A stretch of 62,815 nt of DNA, counting the filler, from Rhabdomonas costata (Eukaryota): assembly GCA_019059605.1 (NCBI GenBank). It is 36 parts of 36 records of this genome, joined end to end, with 100 filler letters (N's around TTAATTAATTAA, not from the genome) between each part and the next. Parts side by side here need not be neighbours in the genome. Positions count along the whole stretch, not along the records: positions 26,230 to 27,877 come from JAHMHO010011321.1; positions 27,978 to 29,624 come from JAHMHO010011322.1; positions 29,725 to 31,372 come from JAHMHO010011323.1; positions 31,473 to 33,119 come from JAHMHO010011324.1; positions 33,220 to 34,867 come from JAHMHO010011325.1; positions 34,968 to 36,615 come from JAHMHO010011326.1; positions 36,716 to 38,363 come from JAHMHO010011327.1; positions 38,464 to 40,111 come from JAHMHO010011328.1; 28 more parts are not named here. The stretch is one strand, 5' to 3'. Numbering within the stretch: position 1 is the stretch's first letter; each line of letters opens with the position of its first letter. This document shows positions 26,844 to 39,015 of this stretch, one piece after another. Position numbers and translations under genes: made by a program. The notes under the pieces were generated by a model. The model made no database searches. It was not told the DNA's origin and was given only the letters and a program-made list of their open reading frames with translations.

Positions 26844-29119
26844 CTGAGGTTGAGAGCGAGGGAGAGGGCGAGAGGCGCTCAAACAGCAGCAGAAGAAGAA
26901 AAGGACTTCATCAGAAGTGAGCAAGTTGACGTCTTTTCGTGGGCTGACCTATTGCTACGATCAAAAAGTGGTTATGCGAGGGTGGGCTATCGTTTCAGGT
27001 ATCAAACCAACCTCCCACTAAAGTCTCCTTTCAGTTTTAATCTATTTAGTGTTTTGTGCAGGCGATATGGGATTGAGGTGTGTTGTTGCTTGTCCATCTG
27101 GTTTGGCGCGTGGGCTGTAGGGTGCTGGTTGGGGTAGTGACTGTGGGTTAGGCTGTGTTGGGTGGTGCGGCGAGGGGGGTTCGGTCTTGGCATCTTCTAG
27201 CGCCATTCTAGCGAGTTCTTGGGTTCGGTTCTGCTATTCCTATGGTTGCTGTGGTTGGTGTTGTGTCCCCTAGGGTCGCTTTGAGTGGGTCTCCCTCGCA
27301 CTACACTTCACTTTGCAATTTCTGCTGTTTTCTTCCCAAAAACCCGTGGTCCTATCCCGACCCCCCCCCACCACTGCATTTATGGCTGGTTTTCAGGGTG
27401 ATTCTTGTTGTGTTATTGAGCACTTTGCCTTTATTCCTTTGCACCGTCTTTTGCACCCTTACATTAAATAAAGTCATTTCGAGGTTGCTTGCATCAGCTA
27501 CCTAAACCGTTTGCAAGTTAATACGAGCAACTATTGATAAGTTTTCAGCACCACTGGAAACCGTTACTCCCTCCCCCCTCAATTGGGCCCTTTTTACCCC
27601 TGCTGAGGCTTTTTTGCACCTAATCTGCAAATGTTGTAGATGAAACAAACGCGCTTGTCGGTTTTCCAAATTCCAGAAGTGTGCCCAGAAAATGAGGTGC
27701 TTTATCCAGCCACATTACAGAATGTTGCAGCGTGGAGATCGAGTGTGCCGTATTTTTGTGAAAATTGTTTACAACTACAAGGCTACCTTCCTACACTCTC
27801 TAACTCGGCACACAAACTTGTCCACCACAATTTTTAGAGCTAGGACCCAAACACCCAAACACACCACCACAAACAACNNNNNNNNNNNNNNNNNNNNNNN
27901 NNNNNNNNNNNNNNNNNNNNNTTAATTAATTAANNNNNNNNNNNNNNNNNNNNNNNNNNNNNNNNNNNNNNNNNNNNTAAACATCTTGTAAGGGGACTTT
28001 TCTGTAGGCTCGCGTGCTGAAGATGATTTGTCACCCCAACGTTGTGAAGTTTCTGGATATGGGGCGATCAGCGAAGCATCGCGACAAGATTTTCCTTCTG
28101 ATGCCGTGGGAGGTGTGCTCCCTGCGATTGTTGTGATCACTTTGGTGAAACCAAGCCGCCACGGCTGGTGCTGGATTGGTCTCAGATCCTCTCTGGCCTG
28201 GCCTTTCTCCGCGTTTTTTAGTCGTGAGAGTTAGTTCTGCAGGGACAGTCGTACGTATAACAACGTTGTGCGCGAAGTTTGCGTGTTTATGCGTGTTTAA
28301 CAACGTTATCTGACGTAAACCGCCAATAACACCGTCATACGTATTCCAAATTTATCCGTGTCCCTGTGTGTGCGTTCTTTCCATCAGCTTGCTCTGGGTG
28401 AAGCTGACACCATCGAAAGTTTGTTGTACTGCTTTCCCTTTGGTATAATAAAGCTAAAGATCTCCCTGTGAAGTCACACAGCATTGTAACGTTGGAGTGA
28501 CTATGGGTCGCTGTCCTATCTACGAGATTGTGGGGGGACTAATCGGGATTGAGGTCGCCCTGGTTCTACACTGGCCGATGTAAATCCAGGAACGCTTTTC
28601 ACCAGAGCCACCCGAATCATCCATCGAAGAAGGACCCAATACATGAAGCCAACTCGAGTGGAAGCAGCGACAAAAGCTGATGCAGGGCGCAGGACCAACA
28701 GAGTATTCTCATCTTCATGTGTTTCATTGCCAATTGATGGCTGTTCCATTGGGTGGGGAGTTTGGGTGGGGAGTGAACAGATCTGAAGAATTTAAGCCAA
28801 TGAATCGCAGGTGGCCTGCTGCTTAAACATACAATTAACGTGGAATCCAGGTAGCCCACTCAATCTCTACTAAGATTGTAACGTGGAATCCCCAAACCTC
28901 AGATCACTCCGCCAGTATTTCCGCAGAGCCTCCGTTCTCTACGGTACAACTGTCCTGTGTCCTTCCCGGCAACCTGTGCTGTGTCCTCGCCGAGAGTGCT
29001 GCACCCATCACGTTCTCTTGGCTGCAATGTTCAAGCCCCCCATGTTGCCTTTTTTCCCTCCCATCTCCCATTTTCTCCCCTGCGTGTGTTTCGGGCTTTG
29101 TCCGTTTCTTTCGCTTCCA

Positions 29120-29290
29120 ATGGGAGCCCGCCACTCTAAGCCCGCGGAAGGGTCACCCCCCTCGGCCTCCCCGCAGCCCCTCTACGGGCTGCACTCTTTG
29201 CTGCGCTGGTGGGCGGCCCGACCTGAACACCTACGGCCTAATGGGCCTACCCCCGTGCCGGCCCCGCCCGCTTCCCCACCGGCAACTGCG
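29120..29290 (+). CDS. First exon of a protein with an N-myristoylation motif (MGARHSK) and Pro-rich linker
   Basis: G2/S6/K7 matches the NMT consensus MGxxxSK; preceded by a pyrimidine tract; ends at gcg|gtatcc. Confidence 0.55.
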
Positions 29291-29724
29291 GTATCCACGG
29301 GTTCCATTCTGTGCCCCCTCTCTCTTTTCCTCTTTCCGCTTTTGGAAACGGACATGCAATTTCCTGTGAGGGTGAGAGGGTTATGGTGAAGGGGCTGGAC
29401 TTTGATGCGGTGCTGGGTGTGAGAGGTGAGATAATGAATGGTATGAGTTGCCAGTTCAGTGCATTACAGGTGCTTTTTTGCAACTGGACACAGTCCCTAA
29501 ATTTCCTGAACAGTCTGCACGAAAACAACTGTGGTGCGTGGCTTCACCTTCTCTTCCCTCGTCCCGTCTTCCCCCCCACCCCACCCCATCCCAACGACAC
29601 ACCAACAAACGCGGTGTTTTTCCTNNNNNNNNNNNNNNNNNNNNNNNNNNNNNNNNNNNNNNNNNNNNTTAATTAATTAANNNNNNNNNNNNNNNNNNNN
29701 NNNNNNNNNNNNNNNNNNNNNNNN

Positions 29725-30958
29725 GACCGAGGTGAGTGTCTGCTTGATAACTTGATCCATCCGGGCCTGCCAATGACAAAGGGAGTTCAGAGGAACTGAT
29801 TGAGAGGTACTCACCCATTTCGTCTCGGCCGATGATCTAGTGATGTTTATAGGCAGTCCAAAAATGCACAAACACCTTGAGATCGTCAGGAAGTTCAATC
29901 TCTCCATCGAAGGATTCAGCAGAAGGCGGTGCTGTTGTCGAAGAGGCCGTGGGCTTTTCCGTGAAGGATGGACGCTTTCGGCCCATCTCCTCCTGGAACC
30001 ACGGAGAAAAATGATGCATCTGGGACCCCAAAACTGGGAACTTGATGATGAAGAGAGTGGGGGGGGGGGCGGCATTTGGAACCAGCGGAGGTGAACAATT
30101 TTATCTAGATTCAGTTTTTCTCACAAAACGGGGTCTTTTCCCGACGGTACACCATGGTACTTTCGGGTTCTTGTGACTTCACTGCATGCTGTTGGAGGAG
30201 CCCCGAATCCCTTACTAGAAATTTTTGTGAGATATGCCAGCACAACAGTGCGCGTCCACCGAGAAAATGCGAGAAAATGCAACAACACCAAACTGGCTTT
30301 GCGACTCGCACCCCCCCTGACTGACACAACAAGTCCGCAATTCTGCCAAAAAAAAAGGGGTGATAATGGTGATTCAGCTTTGATTAATGGATTGTCTGGA
30401 GCGAGGGCTATGCACCCACCCATGGAACTCTGCTCCAGCAGTCGCAGGATTCGCAGGGCGTTGGCGGGCGATGTATTCTTAACGTCGGAGTCGGAGATGG
30501 GCAGGTGTTCGGAATATAGGCAGGTGGAGAAATATATGGCTGAATGCTGAATAGCCTTTGGACCTGAAAAGGACACTTGCGAAATTTATCAAGAGCACCG
30601 GTTCTCATTCACACTCTTCATTCATACTTTCACGCACTAATACGCAAAATCAAAACTTTCTCGGTGGTCGATGGGTGCGAGGGTTGGATCGTCGGTAAAC
30701 AAACTCGAGGCTGATGCAGGGTGGAAGGCCACAGCACCACACCTCCTCCTTTGCCAGCTGTACCCGCAAGCTGTCCTTGAGCCAGTCCGGGATGCGCTTC
30801 GTCGGGCCGCGCCCCGGATACCCCGGCCCACCAACCCCCTCTTCAAACTCCCCGCCAAAGGGAAAGGGCGGCGCTCCAGCCCCATGGGCGGCAGGGCCCA
30901 AGTCAGGCCCCAGGAGTGCGGGAGGGGCGTACACGGCGGCAGGAGGGAGTCCAGGGCG
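29725..30958 (-). CDS. PNISR/SFRS18-like protein, partial; exons 30958-30743, 29992-29876, 29766-29725
   Basis: Pro-rich stretch, then KRIPDWLKDSLRVQLAKEE (cf. LPAWIREGLEKME in PNISR) and ELPDDLK|ARMDQVIKQTLTSV (cf. TKMLLTEIL); all phase-0 GT-AG. Family call is by recalled resemblance. Confidence 0.5.
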
Positions 30959-32833
30959 CTGCACGTGATTCCGAAAAAAGGGGATAGGGAAACAGTCTCC
31001 AAATGTCATATTGCCCTGGACAATTTTGTATCCGAACCGTCAACTTTGTTATGGCAGTGCCAAACGCGAACACTTGGCACAATTTGGAGGTGAAATTGTG
31101 AATTTTTTTTTGAAATTTCGAGCGTTTTTTTTCGGAGTAATGCCATCAATGCGTCGGGTGCTTCTGAACTTGTGAAAAAAAAACTTTGGACAGATTCACA
31201 TGCATAACAGTGTGGCACATAAACAGCAAGTTGGCAGAACAATTTTTCTTGGTATGTTTTCGTAGTATGGTGTTGTTTTGCCAGTTGCCCCTTTAAGCTT
31301 GTCATTATGAGTCATATTAAAATTACTGGTTTATGAAATGGAAATGCTCTTATTGTCATTAAACCAACAAACNNNNNNNNNNNNNNNNNNNNNNNNNNNN
31401 NNNNNNNNNNNNNNNNTTAATTAATTAANNNNNNNNNNNNNNNNNNNNNNNNNNNNNNNNNNNNNNNNNNNNTGTTGTTGTGGAAATGGAGAAAGCCTCT
31501 CTGCGTGATCGTGAAGGTGTTCCTTGAGGACAGGCTGTTCAGTGTGCCTACCCCAGCTGAGGTTGGCGGTTGCTGCGGGATGGGTTGTGGGGATATTTGT
31601 TTATACGGTTATCCGCTGGGAGCGTTTGAGATTTAGGGGTTTGCACCAGGTGGGTGCAGGGAAACGGTCTCAGGTGAGAGCATGCGCACAAAAGGCGGGT
31701 CTTTGATCTTTGCTTCGTGTGCCGTAGAGGAGCGAGGGAAGGCACAGAGGATGAGAGAGAATGGCCCAGGGGCAGCACAGACGTTTTCTCTCTCTGTGGC
31801 GACCCCAAGGCCACCCTCCTCTTGGAGCCTTCCCTCGCTTCCCCCTTTTTATGTGGTTGTAAATATCATTCTTAACCAGCTGTCAAAAATGCCCATTCCC
31901 CCTTTACGTTGGTTTCGTTGTTGTAGCCTCCCACCTGTGTCGTTCGTGACCTGCAACTGCGTGTGAGAGTGTGTGTCTGAACTTTCTGAGATTAACGAGA
32001 ATGCAGCGGCCTGCCCTTGGTAATGAAAAATGGGCGGGGGGGATTTTTTGTCGCCATCCATGCTCAACCTTTCTGTCGCTGCCCGTTCCCCCGCCGTCAC
32101 GTCCAAAGCTCCTCGGGTGGCAGTGCCGTTTAGAGCTTTAGCGCTTTTCCCTTAGAGTGTGCAACACCCCCCCGTTCTTCTCCGCCTTAGTGGCCCTGGC
32201 ATCGATGTCTTTTTTGTCTCCCTCCCTCCCGCCGCGAAATGTCACTGTGCCTGCTTTCCTCCTCTGCTGTGGCCACTGGAAAGCATCTCTCTCGCGCACT
32301 CCTTTGAGATCGCCGCGTGGAGTGTACCTTTTGCTTGGCTTGGGGGGGGGGGGGCAGGAAAGGGGCCGAACCACTCTGAGGCGTGGCTGGTCACAGGCTG
32401 TTGCTGCATGCCGAGAGATCACATGCCTGCACATGCACACCATCACAATTCTTGCGCCAGGAGCAGGCAGGCAGGTTGCTGTCACCGCCCGGGTAGCTGT
32501 GGGCACCGAAATGAGTGGAGTGTGAATGGGCGCTATCCCGCCTTCGACTTCTGGACTTCAAACGAAATGTTGATATATAAGAGACCATATAAGGGACCCC
32601 ATGTCGGAGTGTCACTCCCTGTTTCAGCGAACTCTATCTACACCTTACCGGCTTTTCTTGAAGACACGGTTTACCTCGAGAGAAGGCGCCCCGGAGAGAG
32701 CCCCCACCACTCGCACATCTGATTTCCAATACACGCCTCTCTGGGGTTTAGTGGCAGCGTGTGTGTTGGTAGCCCCAACCCGCCCCCGCCCCTTTGAGGG
32801 CTCTTTTTGGGGTCCTCTGCCTGCAAGCGAGTG

Positions 32834-33058
32834 ATGAGTCGGGCACTGGGGCTGGGGCTGGGGCTGATTGGTGCCGCCGCCATCGCGGTCGGAGTGGTAT
32901 GGATGGCCCAGCAACAACCGCCACAAAATAAGAAACCTTCTCCACCTTCGCAAGAGAAGAGCCAGCAGTGCTCCGCCCATACCGCTCCTCCTAAGCCCAA
33001 ATCTGGCATGACAGTCCTGGGGCAGGGATCCCCCGCTGAGTGGCATACAAATTCTTAC
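32834..33058 (+). CDS. First exon of an N-terminal signal-anchor membrane protein
   Basis: MSRALGLGLGLIGAAAIAVGVVWMAQQQPPQNKKPSPP...EWHTNSY|gt. Confidence 0.55.
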
Positions 33059-34028
33059 GTATCGAAATTACGGCGAAATGATTGGTTTTCTAAAACCATG
33101 CAGAAGGAGCAAGACCACCNNNNNNNNNNNNNNNNNNNNNNNNNNNNNNNNNNNNNNNNNNNNTTAATTAATTAANNNNNNNNNNNNNNNNNNNNNNNNN
33201 NNNNNNNNNNNNNNNNNNNATTCTTGGTCTCCCTTTCAGATGCTCTCAGTGGCCCCAATTTTAAGGAGTGAATCACACCAATTCTCAAAATGGAGCGTAG
33301 GAATTTCCATGTTTTTTTCTCTTTCTTTGGAAGAAGCAATATCAAAGCACGGCAGACATAAACAATACCATGCTCAACACGCATATTAAGCACGTTAAGG
33401 TGCAACAAGATGGATCGGTATCCGAAAATTTCCTTACAGATTCATTCGGAACTGTATGCTGAAGCATTGAGTTACGGAGCCCCCCTCTCTCCACATTTTT
33501 CCCTTAGGCGCTTCTGTCTTTCAGCGAAGCTCTGTCGTTGCCGTTCGTGGTGCAGTTTGGCCGCGGACAGGATCCGGTGCAGTTTCACACTTTTAGGCAT
33601 CGTCTCTCCCCTATCCCGATCCCTTCCTCTCTCAGATGCAATCCTGGGGTTGAGTTTAGTGGAACCTACATCATAGTTCCAAAGCCTCTTTCAGAATATT
33701 CACATATGCGTCGAATATACCCCGTGTTCAATTCACACAAAGATTTTGGGAAGAAGCCAAAGTTGGCCGCGGGCTCAGTGCAGGAATGATGAATTGTTTT
33801 CCAACGATCCTCCGCCATTGCCCAAGCTAGACAGCTGCAGCGGTAGCTTTTTAGATGGGTGTGGTGCGAGACAGAACGGAATAGTCCCCCTTTCGAAATC
33901 ATGGTGCAAAAGAGGATGAAATTGTCCTCTGATTGGAATCGATACAAATGGGCACGAATAAAAGATGAGATGTGGCCTTGGCGTGTGGTTGGGTGAAGCT
34001 GATCTGATTTGGTGTGGATTCATCCTAG

Positions 34029-34748
34029 CTCGGAGGAGAACCCTGTCTTTGACGCGGTGCTTCTCGTTGCGGCCTTTGATGATTATGATGAGGATGACTC
34101 CGGGCTGAGCCGCAGCTCCTCATCCGCGATCCCCGCTGGGGGGCCTATCACACCCCAGCAGCACTCCCATACTTCGCAACTGCCACACAGCTATGGTGTG
34201 CTGCTTTTTCACCGCTTTGGGTTCACGCGCACTCTTCTCTTTGAAATATTCCGCTGAAAATCTATGATTTGCGACCGAAGAAAAGGCATGACTTTGTGGG
34301 CACTATTTACTCTCTTGTAATTTAGTTTCTTTTCTTCCTGCACGTTTTACGTTTGTCTTGAATATTCTACGGCTTGTATTCTTATCGTTGCTTTTGAATG
34401 TTTTCGATGCCCGTGACGAATATGCACCCCTGGTCCTGACACGATGTGTTGGCCGCACCGCAATATCAATGACTGACTCCCCACACCGCTCTTCCTTTGT
34501 GAAGATCTTACCAGATGGACAGGATCTTGTGAAGATCGTGCTTGTGTGCGTGCTCATGTGCAGATGGGGGCAGGGTTTCCCCACGGGAGCCCGCACTGCT
34601 CTCCACGGGCGCTGGGATGGATGTCAACTTACATCCACCAATGAGAGTGCCTGCCGCCGCTGCCACGCCGCAACACGCGGCGTGGTCTTCTGGAGCTGCG
34701 CCACCCTCTGCCATCTCCATCCGCTCCTTCGCCGAATCGGTGGCACAG
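34029..34748 (+). CDS. Two exons (34029-34195, 34564-34748) of an unknown low-complexity protein
   Basis: SEENPVFDAVLLVAAFDDYDEDD...HSY-D|GGRVSPREP...FAESVAQ|gt; phase-1 GT-AG intron. Confidence 0.5.
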
Positions 34749-34782
34749 GTCAAACAGCGGGGGAGGGGAGGGGTAATGTTTG

Positions 34783-34867
34783 TTTTCCCCACTCTGCCTC
34801 CAGTTTTGGTCATGGAGATTTTGCGTTGGTCTCACCATGACCAAAACTGGAGGCAGAGTGGGGAAAA
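34783..34867. repeat. Perfect 33-bp inverted repeat running to the contig end
   Basis: 34783-34815 is the reverse complement of 34835-34867; 19-nt loop. Confidence 0.9.
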
Positions 34868-35849
34868 NNNNNNNNNNNNNNNNNNNNNNNNNNNNNNNNN
34901 NNNNNNNNNNNTTAATTAATTAANNNNNNNNNNNNNNNNNNNNNNNNNNNNNNNNNNNNNNNNNNNNGGGTTTGGGGAGCGTTGAGGGTGTTTCAAAATT
35001 GACTGTGATCTGAAGGCCGGGTTATGTTCCATAACATTATTGTAGTATATATTGCCTGCGCCACCTTAGAAGCGAGAGGTTACATGTAGTGACATGGTTT
35101 TCTCTCATGGCGCGCGACTTTATAGGGTGCTTCAGGAGTTTTCAGCCTTTTTTGGACACGACTATTTGAGAGTCATCACATCTAGCCTTTGAGGTCATGG
35201 GTCAGTTTTTGCGGAATTATCCCTTCGGCTGTTACTCTCACTTTTGACATGACGCGCGCCATAACAACGGTATGCGGTCATGGGAGAAATCAAAATCCAC
35301 CGTGTTGTCTGCGCCGGACACTGGACAATGTGATATCCTTGTTTATGTGTTCGCAAACATAGAATCAGAAATCATACCCTTTTCTCACGAGCTATTTTTG
35401 ACTGGCTGAAAATGACTGCTTGCTGGGCTGGCGGATGGGGATGAGAGCGCCTGTGCATTGCTTGTTTGTGTTTCACCAAAGCCAGCAGCTGGGCGGGACT
35501 CTCCCCCTTGAACAAAAGGCTCATTTTTTGCACTTGCGCTGTTTGCGTAATTCAAAGTTCAGCTCATTTCAGTGGCGCTGATGCCGTCGGACCTGTTCCT
35601 TCTGAAGTGTTTGATTGTTTTCGAGTTTCCACACACGCAAGCGCGCGCGAAGACAAGAAAACCAAAAGGAGACTTCTTCAGTGAAACAAACCTGCACATG
35701 ACAGCAACAGTGAAGAGAGTCAGGCGCAGTCGGTTTCTTTCCCTGATCCACACACACAAGAACTTTACAAAATAAGGTCACCCCTTTCCCCCGCCCGACC
35801 TCCTCACTGAAACCTACTCACGTACACTGCCTCAAGGCGGGAGCTTTTC

Positions 35850-36615
35850 ACAGTGCCTCATCACAGCTGCCTCACAGCTCTGCCCGCTGGACTGGAGCAC
35901 CGCCCGCATCTCTTTGGGAAGGCAACCCATCGGGGCCCCCTGCCGAAGCAGCTCGCACCCGAAGGCGCGGTATCAGGGGTGTGTCAGGTAACCCCGCCGA
36001 CGCAGAAAACAGAAATCGCACCGCGTACCGCACCAGCTTGGAGGCCAGCCCAGCCAGCAGTCCGCGCAGCAGAGCAGGCGCACGTGGATCCTGCCACTCC
36101 GGCCACTCCGAGAGGGCCCTGGCGATCGGCATCAGTTCGATACGCCAAGGTGGCCTTCACCGCGGCCTCGCTCCAGTCCAGCCGCAGTTGCAGGCACCGT
36201 GCGACTCTGCCTGCCCGCTCAGATCCCACGGGCATCAGCAGCAGCCTGCTCAGTTCCTCAGGCACCACAACAAAAAAAGTAATCCCTGTAGCGGGCGGTG
36301 CCCACCAAGGGAGGGTGGCCACACGCAGTGTTCTCTCCACCACCAGCTCTACATATGCAGCGGAGAGGTGCCCTCCAATGAGCAACCCTTTGCGCTGCCG
36401 CAGCACCTTCACATCAGCTCCAGCCTGCGCCTCAAAGAGGTCGACGTTTTCAAGGTCCCGCGCACAGGCCGCGAGCACCTGCACAGCCCTCTCCCAATAA
36501 TGGGTTGAGGACGGGCGCACGCGATGGTCGCCCGCCTTTCCATCCTTGGAGATTGCGAGGCACGGCTGTCTGCTTGCGCAGCGCTGAGTTGCCTGAAGCC
36601 AGTAACCCACCCACA
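35850..36615 (-). mobile_element. Decayed Penelope-like/TERT-like reverse transcriptase (frameshifted)
   Basis: Intronless. Motif B' VLRQRKGLLIGGHLSAAYVELV; in a shifted frame about 20 codons later, TARYRDYFF (36293-36279) at the motif C position; thumb-like WQDPRAPALLRGLLAGLASKLVRY downstream. Confidence 0.7.
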
Positions 36616-37073
36616 NNNNNNNNNNNNNNNNNNNNNNNNNNNNNNNNNNNNNNNNNNNNTTAATTAATTAANNNNNNNNNNNNNNNNNNNNNNNNNNNNN
36701 NNNNNNNNNNNNNNNGGTGTTGTGGGGCTGCTTCGGTGCGTTCCGCCCTGTGGTTGATGACGCAATAAATTGCCTATCGTGTTGTGTCAGTCTTTTCTTT
36801 CTGTTTCGCGTTCAATTTATCTTAAAAAAGCGTGCATTGTAGCAGCAGGCGTAGTAATACTTGACTGCATGCAACAGATGGCGCGTCCACATACGCGCTA
36901 ACCCGCCACTCGGGCAGCTTCAGCACAAGTTTTCAAATTATCTTGCGTATCAGCGCACTGCTTGCTTTTTTGGGACTAGTTGCTTGCCCTTGATTGGCCC
37001 CTTCTTCTTTTTGACGAGCCTCCTTCTCCTCACGGTATCGTGTCTCCTACATTACTCGAACACTTTTCACCAG

Positions 37074-37747
37074 CTCTGGTGTGCTCCCTTCCCTCATCAC
37101 TGCCCTCGGGCAACTCCTACGGCGGCAGTGGTTGTGGCCCGGGGCACGTCAGTGCCTCGAGCTGCACCGCTCTGTCATGCCGCTCTGGCTGTTCGGGCAC
37201 CGTGTCTGTGAGCTGCAGCTCGATCTATGAAACCTTCACCCCATGACTTCAATCCGAAGCTCCTAAAATAGTAAACTCTGTTTTCTGGCTATTCAAGTGA
37301 ATGCATCCACCAACAATACACGCGTGAGCCCCTTTTATTATTTCCCCGTGTGTGCGTAGGGGGGGGGGCGAAGTGAGTTTGCAGCTTTATCGGGAAATAT
37401 CCATTTGGAAAAAGAATCCGATCTACCAGTGTATGTTAATGCAGATACTTGAATTTTTGTCGTGTTTTTCTCGCTGACTTCTGTGCTCTACTATTTCATA
37501 GTGACTTGATCAGACTAGGTTCTGTTTGATACCAGATACAAACATGACGTGAATTATTCATTCCCAAACCGTTTAAGCTAAACTGTCATACGCATTCCAC
37601 TTCTGTCTTCGACAGCGATATCGCTAGGATCCGTTTCCGAGTCTGTTGACCGGACACCCATCATCGTGGGAGTTGTGGTCAGCGTGGTTGCCGTCTCCAT
37701 GCTGGCGGTATTGGGGTGGTTTTCTTGGCGGCGTAATTGGTACCAAG
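37074..37747 (+). CDS. Type I membrane protein fragment: Cys/Ser-rich module (37074-37246) and TM exon (37616-37747); possibly a pseudogene
   Basis: LVCSLPSSLPSGNSYGGSGCGPGHVSASSCTALSCRSGCSGTVSVSCSS..., then cag|...TPIIVGVVVSVVAVSMLAVLGWFSWRRNWYQ|gt. The first exon runs into TGA. Confidence 0.5.
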
Positions 37748-38463
37748 GTCTGCCTTGCCGTCTCCCCTATCTGTCACCTTGTACTCTCCCTTTCGTTTTT
37801 TCTGTGTCTTGCTTTCCCGACGGATCCCGTTGAAGTTCGTACTGGAAAATGCAAGGGGCGCTGCGAATGATCAGTGCCTGTTATGTGCTTGCAGTGTGGT
37901 GGAGTGCCTCCTGCATACATATTTTTTGTATGTGGCTGGTTTATATCTTGGTTACAGCTTACACCTTTTTAGAGCCACACACGGACAGAGATGAGTGACA
38001 ATTTTCGCGCATGTCGCTGCGTTGTCAATTTTTGAAGAGCTGTGAGGTGGTCAAGAGCTGTCGTGGAGAAGTTACAGTAATGTGATGAATTACTGTAGTA
38101 GATTGGCAGAAACATTTTAAGGGTTTTGACCGCGCTGTTCTCATTTTTTGAAGGCTTGGGACGCCGGCTGTGCACCTTGATATCCACGCACACATGCTGT
38201 CCACGGCGCATCAACCCAGGTGTGGTTTTTCCCGGGTCGATTAATATGATTCCTGCTTGTAGTCAAAGAGCGCAGTGGGTCTCTGTGGCTTCTGGTGTGT
38301 GCGTGTGTGTGTGCTGTGTCCTTTCAAATGCGTGTTTTCATGCATTTGAAAGGACACACCACANNNNNNNNNNNNNNNNNNNNNNNNNNNNNNNNNNNNN
38401 NNNNNNNTTAATTAATTAANNNNNNNNNNNNNNNNNNNNNNNNNNNNNNNNNNNNNNNNNNNN

Positions 38464-39015
38464 GGTGGGGCCGAGGGGTCCCGGACGAGCTGCTGAGAAG
38501 GTCGGAGAGGCTGGCTAAGCAATATACGAGAAGGAAATGAGAGGATGAGGGGGGTGGGGGTGGAGGGGAAGTGAGCGGGTTACCCGCGCAATCCACAGGG
38601 AAAACTTTAAGGGGTTGCCGAAAGTCAGAAAAAAGACGAGGTCAAGTGATCAAAAACAGAGGAGTTCAGGACATGGGGCATGGACTCGATGTCTCACTGC
38701 ATCCCTCCCATCCATACTTTGAGAATCGGAGGGGAGGGGCCATCACTGTATCCATCAGTTTATCACTTGACAAACCAGACAGCGATGCTACGGCGATGCA
38801 TAATTCATAGTTCTGTCCTCAAACACGATCAAATGCCTGCATCTCCATAATGTCCAGCGAGGACAAAAAAATCGAATAGGCGCACCCTTCTTCGGAGCAT
38901 CTGAGGTCGAGGAGGAAGCCGTTGAAAACCCCCTCATAGCGGACGTTCTGCTCAAAGAGGGGCGGAAGAGCTGCCCCCACACGCGAAGGGCCCGAATGGC
39001 AACAGGAGCAGACAT
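38464..39015 (-). CDS. 5' end of a probable mitochondrion-targeted protein; exons 39015-38886, 38514-38464
   Basis: MSAPVAIRALRVWGQLFRPSLSRTSAMRGFSTASSS: Arg/Ser-rich and acid-free with an R-x-F-S cleavage-like motif; phase-1 GT-AG intron. Confidence 0.65.

Noticed and set aside
29815-29875. 39-nt intron plus 22-nt micro-exon in the PNISR-like gene
   Set aside because: Including it breaks the frame; direct splicing from 29876 to 29766 keeps the better protein.
34783-34867. Perfect terminal hairpin as a hairpin telomere or MITE
   Set aside because: Arms are identical right up to the contig end, which cannot be told apart from an amplification fold-back chimera.
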